From the NCBI GenBank assembly GCA_000004985.1, contig GG738850.1: a stretch of DNA of 64,000 bases; one strand, 5' to 3'. This stretch comes from Naegleria gruberi (lineage: Eukaryota). The number at the start of each line of letters is the position of its first letter. Within the stretch, counting starts at the first letter, position 1. The position numbers and the translations under genes are program-made. Shown one piece after another: positions 58,139 through 64,000 of the stretch. The notes beneath the pieces were generated by a model that had not been told where the DNA came from, did no database searches, and was given only the letters and a program-made list of their open reading frames with translations.

Positions 58139-59689
58139 ATGAGCAAACGCAACAGACAAGATTTTGAAAAGCAAACAATTTCGGAGGAGGAGGACTACCT
58201 ATTCATGATCAATAATAATAATAATACTGACAACAACACGGAGAAAGCAAAAAAGAAAAAACCTTTTCAAGAAATATTTTCAGATGATGTTTGTTTTGAA
58301 ATAATTTCCATGATGATCAATGATTCGTGGTTTATTTTGAATAATTGTTCCTTGATTTCAAAACAATTCTTTAATGTGATCAAGGAACGTTCAAAACTTG
58401 TTATTCAATTTAAAAAAAAATTTACAGAGAAAAGAATTGAATTATTCATGAAAAGTCAATTTATGAATAGTATTGTTCATGTTAAATTTTCTAGAAGGTT
58501 GCTTGACTCAATAGAACAAGCCAAATTCATAACTGAAATGAAACAATTAAAATCACTTGATATTAGTGGAAATCGAATTGGAGATGAAGGAGCCAAATCA
58601 ATAAGCGAGATGAAACAATTAACATCACTTGATATTGATAACAATCAAGTTGGCGATGAAGGAGCCAAATCTATAATTGAAATGAAACAATTAACATCAC
58701 TTGATATTGCTGGCAATCAAATTGGAGATGAAGGAGTCAAATCAATAAGTGAAATGAAACAATTAACATCACTTAGTATATGTTACAATCAAATTGGAGA
58801 TGAAGGAGTCAAGTCAATAAGTGAAATTAAACAATTAAAATCACTTGATATTGATAACAATCAAATTGGAGATGAAGGAGCCAAATCTATAATTGAAATG
58901 AAACAATTAACATCACTTGATATTAGTGGAAATCAAATTGGAGATGAAGGAGCCAAATCAATAAGCGAGATGAAACAATTAACATCACTTAGTATATGTT
59001 ACAATCAAATTGGTGATGAAGGAGCCAAGTCAATAAGTGAAATTAAACAATTAACATCACTTATTATTAATAACAATCAACTTGGTGTAGCAGGAGCCAA
59101 ATCAATAAGTGAATCGAAACAATTAACATCACTTGATATTGGTAGAAATCGAATTGGTGATGAAGGAGTCAAGTCAATAAGTGAAATGAAACAATTAACA
59201 TCACTTAATATACGTTACAATCAAATTGGTGATGAAGGAACCAAATCTATAAGTGAAATGAAACAATTAACATCACTTGATATTGATAACAATCAAATTG
59301 GTGATGAAGGAGCCAAATCAATAAGTGAAATGAAACAATTAACATCACTTGATATTTATAACAATCAAGTTGGCGATGAAGGAGCCAAATCTATAATTGA
59401 AATGAAACAATTAACATCACTTAATATTGCTGGCAATCAAATTGGAGATGAAGGAGCCAAATCAATAAGTGAAATGAAACAATTAACATCACTTGATATT
59501 TATAACAATCAAGTTGGCGATGAAGGAGCCAAATCAATAAGTGAAATGAAACAATTAACATCACTTAATATATGCTACAATCAAATTGGAGATGAAGGAG
59601 TCAAGTCAATAAGTGAAATGAAACAATTAAAATCACTTATTATTATTAACCAACGGACGAAATCTAATATATCCAAGTTATTGGATTAG
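58139..59689 (+). CDS. F-box-like N-terminus followed by ~19 near-identical 24-residue RNI-type LRRs (72-bp DNA units), single exon.
   Basis: First ATG at 58139 (MSKRNRQDFEKQ...). F-box-like IFSDDVCFEIISMMINDSWFILNNCSLISKQFFNVI. The repeated unit is MKQLTSLDI[D/S/A]xNQIGDEGAKSISE. DNA units are more than 90% identical. Confidence 0.7.
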   Translation: MSKRNRQDFEKQTISEEEDYLFMINNNNNTDNNTEKAKKKKPFQEIFSDDVCFEIISMMINDSWFILNNCSLISKQFFNVIKERSKLVIQFKKKFTEKRIELFMKSQFMNSIVHVKFSRRLLDSIEQAKFITEMKQLKSLDISGNRIGDEGAKSISEMKQLTSLDIDNNQVGDEGAKSIIEMKQLTSLDIAGNQIGDEGVKSISEMKQLTSLSICYNQIGDEGVKSISEIKQLKSLDIDNNQIGDEGAKSIIEMKQLTSLDISGNQIGDEGAKSISEMKQLTSLSICYNQIGDEGAKSISEIKQLTSLIINNNQLGVAGAKSISESKQLTSLDIGRNRIGDEGVKSISEMKQLTSLNIRYNQIGDEGTKSISEMKQLTSLDIDNNQIGDEGAKSISEMKQLTSLDIYNNQVGDEGAKSIIEMKQLTSLNIAGNQIGDEGAKSISEMKQLTSLDIYNNQVGDEGAKSISEMKQLTSLNICYNQIGDEGVKSISEMKQLKSLIIINQRTKSNISKLLD

Positions 59690-59745
59690 ACCATTTAGAT
59701 GTAAACAAACCATTAAAATATATTTACAAAGAAATTTAAATGGAT
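59677..59745 (+). repeat. ~75-bp direct repeat, copy 2. It overlaps the last codons and stop codon of the LRR gene.
   Basis: See copy 1 at 57700-57775. Confidence 0.75.
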
Positions 59746-59926
59746 AAAATAGCTCCCAAAATAGAATCTCGTTGTTTAGAAACACCTCCTACATAATTTT
59801 CCAAGACAATTTTGCACAGTTGAAAGCAAGGAACATAACCATTTGATTGTGCAGTTTTGAAAGTGCACATGCAACGTGGCGACAATGAAATTTCTTTTGT
59901 AATCTTTTTAAGGAAATTAAAAAAAA

Positions 59927-61555
59927 ATGTCAAAACAAAGTGTCACCATTCAATTAATTGATATTTCGGAATTTGATTCGAATAATCATTATTTTTCACT
60001 CTTGAAAAGAAAATTCACAAATCAACAAAAAGGGAAAATATTATGGTTGAAAAGAAGAGATGACATACCTCCAGAAATGAAAGGTTTCCTTCCGATTGAA
60101 TTTGCAAAGGAAGTTTCGATTGCCACTCGATTTTTACATGACAATCTCCCAACTTACAAGTGTAGTAAAACCTTGCTTGATTTACATGCACAATTGGCAA
60201 AAGAAGTTGGATTTGAAACTAATATATTCGAATATATTATTGCAAATGAACAAGTTATTAGAAATATGATCATTTTGAGAGGAAGAGAATTTTTGAAAAA
60301 CATACCAATGAAATGTGCGGACATTGATAGAATTGCAGATTCAGGAAAATTAGAATTCACAAGAAATGATGTCCATTTATTTAATTTATTGCTCGACTCG
60401 CAAGGAAGTCAGTCGTTTCTTTATTTGGATGATGATTTGAAGAAAGATGTGAAAATACTACGGAAAATATTCGAACGCTACAAGTTTTGTTGTTTGGATC
60501 ATTTCAATGAAGAATTTCGAACAAATAGAGACATTGTTAAGGAGGCAATGGTTTACCAACCACTTCTCTATCGATATATAGATGAAAAATTGAAATTTGA
60601 CAGAGAAATTGTTAAATTGGCACTTGAAAGGGATGGATCTATATTGAAATTTGTTCCTCCAAAGACTAAATTTCATTCAGATATTGAACTTGCCTCCATA
60701 GCAATTCGAAACAATCATTTAGCATTTGAATTCGTCTCACCAAAGGTGAAGGATCGATTGGAATCGAATTATCAAATTAGTTTGGATTTATATCAATTGA
60801 AATATTGGAATACAAAAGAGAAAGTTTTAGAAATTTGGGAAAATTCACAATTTAAACTAGAAAAGGAAATTGCCTTGGCGGGAATTAAGCAAAACTGTGA
60901 AATTTATTTCCAACTCCCTCAAGATTTGCAACAAGATTCAAACATAATTCTCAAATACATTGTTTCAAGTGGAAAGATACTCAACGATAGTTTGAATGAT
61001 TGGATAGTTTTAGAACTTGCTAAGAATCATGATACTAGTTTATTTATGTTACTACCAGACAAGTATAGAAATGATTTTCATTACAATGAAATATTAATCA
61101 AAAGAAATGCACGTTTTTTAAGATTTCTAACTACTGAAATGAAAAACAATTATTTACTTGTCATGCAAGCTGTCAAAAATGATGGAAGTACCTTAGAATA
61201 TGCTTCTGAGGAATTGAGAAATGATTTGGAAATATGCAAACAAGCAATTTACAATAATGGAGCTGCATTTAAACATGTTGGGCCATTACAGGAACATAAT
61301 TATGATTTACTCTTGCTTTCGTTTATTTCTAATAACCAAAACTCTGTACAAAATTTGAAACAGGCAGAATATGATCCAGAAATAATTAAACTGGTTTATC
61401 AATTTGATCCAACAGTTACTGGAAAAAAGAATTCCAAATTTACAAAGGAGGAATGGATTGAATTTACTATTCGAAAGGGATATTGTATTACATTTAGTGA
61501 GGAATTATTCAATGCTCGATTGGATTTTGAATATTTTGGCGCCAAAATTTATTAA
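59927..61555 (+). CDS. DUF4116-like repeat protein (542 aa), single exon.
   Basis: Repeated ~30-aa units of the DUF4116 type: REIVKLALERDGSILKFVPP, IELASIAIRNNHLAFEFVSP, NYLLVMQAVKNDGSTLEYASEELRNDLEICKQAIYNNGAAFKHVGP. Confidence 0.55.
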   Translation: MSKQSVTIQLIDISEFDSNNHYFSLLKRKFTNQQKGKILWLKRRDDIPPEMKGFLPIEFAKEVSIATRFLHDNLPTYKCSKTLLDLHAQLAKEVGFETNIFEYIIANEQVIRNMIILRGREFLKNIPMKCADIDRIADSGKLEFTRNDVHLFNLLLDSQGSQSFLYLDDDLKKDVKILRKIFERYKFCCLDHFNEEFRTNRDIVKEAMVYQPLLYRYIDEKLKFDREIVKLALERDGSILKFVPPKTKFHSDIELASIAIRNNHLAFEFVSPKVKDRLESNYQISLDLYQLKYWNTKEKVLEIWENSQFKLEKEIALAGIKQNCEIYFQLPQDLQQDSNIILKYIVSSGKILNDSLNDWIVLELAKNHDTSLFMLLPDKYRNDFHYNEILIKRNARFLRFLTTEMKNNYLLVMQAVKNDGSTLEYASEELRNDLEICKQAIYNNGAAFKHVGPLQEHNYDLLLLSFISNNQNSVQNLKQAEYDPEIIKLVYQFDPTVTGKKNSKFTKEEWIEFTIRKGYCITFSEELFNARLDFEYFGAKIY

Positions 61556-61806
61556 ATTATCAAAAGAACCTCAAGAAAATAGACTTTCGAATAAACATTT
61601 GATATCAATTCTATTGTATAAACTAACCCACCAATCATTCCTCAATAACATCCCAAAACGCCAATCTTTTCACATAAACAGAAACAATCAAACACTTTCG
61701 TCTACTGTCATTTACTGACATTTAACACACAAACAACCGAAAGAGCCGTTGTGTGGTTAACAAAAAATTGCAAACTGTCAACCAACAATTCGTATTTAAA
61801 AAAAAA

Positions 61807-63560
61807 ATGGGCAACAAACAAGCAAAGAAACACGCAACCTCCCATCTACAAACTTTCCACGGAATTTTCTCACATTACGGAATGATAAATTTCGATGAGC
61901 AAAATTTGCAACAAAATTCAAATACTTCCTCAGCAACTCCACAACAAGAGAGTACTAGTATTGTAAGGAATTTGAAGGAAATTCTGGAGGGAAAACATCA
62001 AATCAAGTTGAATCCCGAGATGGAAGATAAAATTTGTGGATGGATTATTAAGAATTTTACCGATTTGGAAAAGTGGAAAAAAGTTGAAGTTTCCCGACAA
62101 GTTGTTTCGAGCTTTGAAAAGTTGTTTGATGGAAAAGTTGGACAGAAGGGTGAGAAGGAGTGGAAGAGTGTTGTTTTGGATATGATAAATTACATCATTC
62201 CGAAATATTTGAAAGGTTTTGGAGTTGGAAATAGACAATTGTGTGAAGTTACAATATTTAATAGTGATTTGAGAGGTGAAATGCCGAATATTGACTTGTT
62301 AACAACACTTGACAAGGCACATAAATTGCAGGATTTAGATTTTTCGATTAATAATTTGACAAGTTTGAATGAAGATTGGTTTATTGGAAAATTATCACAA
62401 AATGGAGAATCAGATTTGAAGAAATTAGCACTCTCTGGAAATATGTTTGAACATTTGAATTTACCAAAGGGAGAATGTGCCATCTTTCCAAATTTGAAGA
62501 ATATATACTTGCATAATAACATCATGCTGAAAACATTCCCTAAATGGGTTTGTTATCAACCAAAGATTGAGATTTTGAAATTATACGAATGCCAAATTGA
62601 AGGACTAATTCCAAAAGAATTATTTATTCATGCCAAGACAATGCTTACTTTGGAAATGTACAATAATAATTTGGATGGGTTTGAAACATTCAATGATGAA
62701 GACTTGAATAGATTGGAATTGTTAAAATTGTCAACTCTAGTGTTGCATTCCAATAATATTTCACAACTCCCTTCCACTCTGTTCAATGGTAATATTTTTG
62801 GCAATTTGAAGGAATTGTTCGTTTCATTCAATAACTTGACAGCTTTCCCAGAAAGCATGGGAGATTTGAATCATTTACACACTATTATTGCAGAATCAAA
62901 CCAAATTGCTGACATCCCATCTTCCTTTGCCAAATTGAGCGTACTCAGAGAACTCAACTTGGCCTTCAACAAACTCACACGATTCCCAACCGAACTCTTG
63001 GAATTGGAAAGTTTGGAAACACTCGAAATTAACAATAATGCCATTGAACAAGTTCCTCTGGAAGCATCTGAGTGGAGTAAATTACGTCGGTTAGCAAAAT
63101 TGACCCTCTCTAGAAATTTGATTAAAAAACTACCAGAGAATTGGATCTCAGAGTCATGCCTATTCTCAATGCAAAGATTAAATGTGGGATATAACCAAAT
63201 TGAGGAATTGAACATTTTTGGAACATTTGACTCCAACCTAATGTATGACGAGAAACCAATCATTCCAAGACTCTCACAATTCATATCTTGTGGTAATCGA
63301 GTGAAGCAATTCCCAACAGCCCTAGTGGAGATTTTCAAGGAAACACTACAAGTGATTTACTTGGGTCACAATGAAATGCAATCCATTCCTGATATGAGTT
63401 CAGTTTCGAGATTAGTTCACTTGAATTTGTGTTACAATAATATTGAAGGCGAGTTGAGAGATGTCTTACAAAAGATCATGACATCCAAGTTGAAATATCT
63501 CAACTTGGAAGGAAATTGCATTACTGGAACCACCAATATTGAAAATTACATCAATTCGCA
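61807..63560 (+). CDS. Leucine-rich-repeat protein, probably N-myristoylated, truncated at its 3' end by the N-gap.
   Basis: ATG at 61807 gives MGNKQAKK (G2 myristoylation context). Typical 22-24-aa LRRs follow: LKELFVSFNNLTAFPESMGDLNHLHTIIAESNQIADIPSSFAKLSVLRELNLAFNKLTRFPTELLELESLETLEINNNAIEQVP. Confidence 0.6.
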
Positions 63561-63610
63561 NNNNNNNNNNNNNNNNNNNNNNNNNNNNNNNNNNNNNNNN
63601 NNNNNNNNNN

Positions 63611-64000
63611 CTGGAATGGGCTCTGTTGATGAAAGCCGTAAATATTTCGTCTCCATTGACTACACATTGAGATTGACGTTTAGTTATTTCTTCAAAGAAC
63701 AATGTTTTATCCAAATTTGTTGCACCATTTCCAATGAATGAAGGATAACATTCAAATTGTATATAATTGCTTCTGATCTTCTCTTGTTCCATCTCACTAT
63801 CATCCCGTAAATAATTGATAGCCTCAGGTAAATAGGTTTTTAAAATTCTAATTTTCAACTTCTCACTACGAGTAATCTCTTTGCTAAGATTACATTTATA
63901 CACTGATAATTCTTTGTTTAGGATAGAAATGTCGATGCTTTGGAGGTTTTCTGGAAGATTTATACCTCTTGCCAGGTTAGTAATTGTGTGCAACACTGTT
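63611..64000 (-). CDS. 3' part of a convergent minus-strand gene whose start lies beyond the window end. The protein fragment is LRR-like.
   Basis: Open minus-strand frame (...NLPENLQSIDISILNKELSVYKCNLSKEITRSEKLKIRIL...) running from the window end into the gap. Confidence 0.35.

Noticed and set aside
63611-63741. Plus-strand continuation of the LRR gene after the 63561-63610 gap (GMGSVDESRKYF...)
   Set aside because: The frame across the gap is arbitrary. The sequence belongs to a convergent minus-strand ORF that is better supported.

Overview
This window is a 64 kb AT-rich (about one-third GC by eye) eukaryotic nuclear scaffold segment containing six N-gaps (3622-5771, 7524-7918, 10859-10908, 11800-14307, 15531-17753, 63561-63610). 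It uses the standard genetic code: TAA, TAG and TGA all terminate genes here. I find roughly 27 protein-coding genes on both strands, many of them single-exon. Those with introns have short GTAAGT/GTATGT...AG introns of 39-365 bp concentrated at the 5' end; CNOT1, for example, has three small 5' introns followed by a 5.8 kb terminal exon. The supplied ORF track uses alternative start codons and omits ORFs that run off the window edge, so several calls were re-anchored to the first ATG or extended by hand.

Recognisable genes:
- CNOT1
- arginase
- a Rab GTPase
- a kinesin motor
- an FLVCR-like MFS transporter
- an RCC1-repeat protein
- an Ly6/uPAR-like small GPI-anchored protein
- several LRR families: F-box-like plus 19 near-identical RNI-type LRRs, LRR plus ankyrin, and a myristoylated LRR protein
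- a DUF4116-like repeat protein
- two very large secreted or adhesion-type genes combining NHL-like beta-propellers, tenascin-type EGF repeats and Ser/Thr-rich REJ/PKD-like modules

The most unusual region is 10.9-27.2 kb. It holds two telomere-like (AAACCC)n = (TTTGGG)n arrays in the same orientation with identical junctions and a shared ~115 bp flanking element, and degenerate satellite-like repeats between and after them. Next to the repeats sit a large frameshifted ORF of unknown function and a 5'-truncated, twice-frameshifted paralogue of the giant REJ-like gene. Either a subtelomere-like domain has been captured inside the scaffold, or the scaffold is misjoined there.

The source organism is unknown. 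The intron architecture, N/Q-rich linkers and abundance of tenascin-type EGF proteins would fit an amoebozoan (dictyostelid-like) protist, but that is only a guess.
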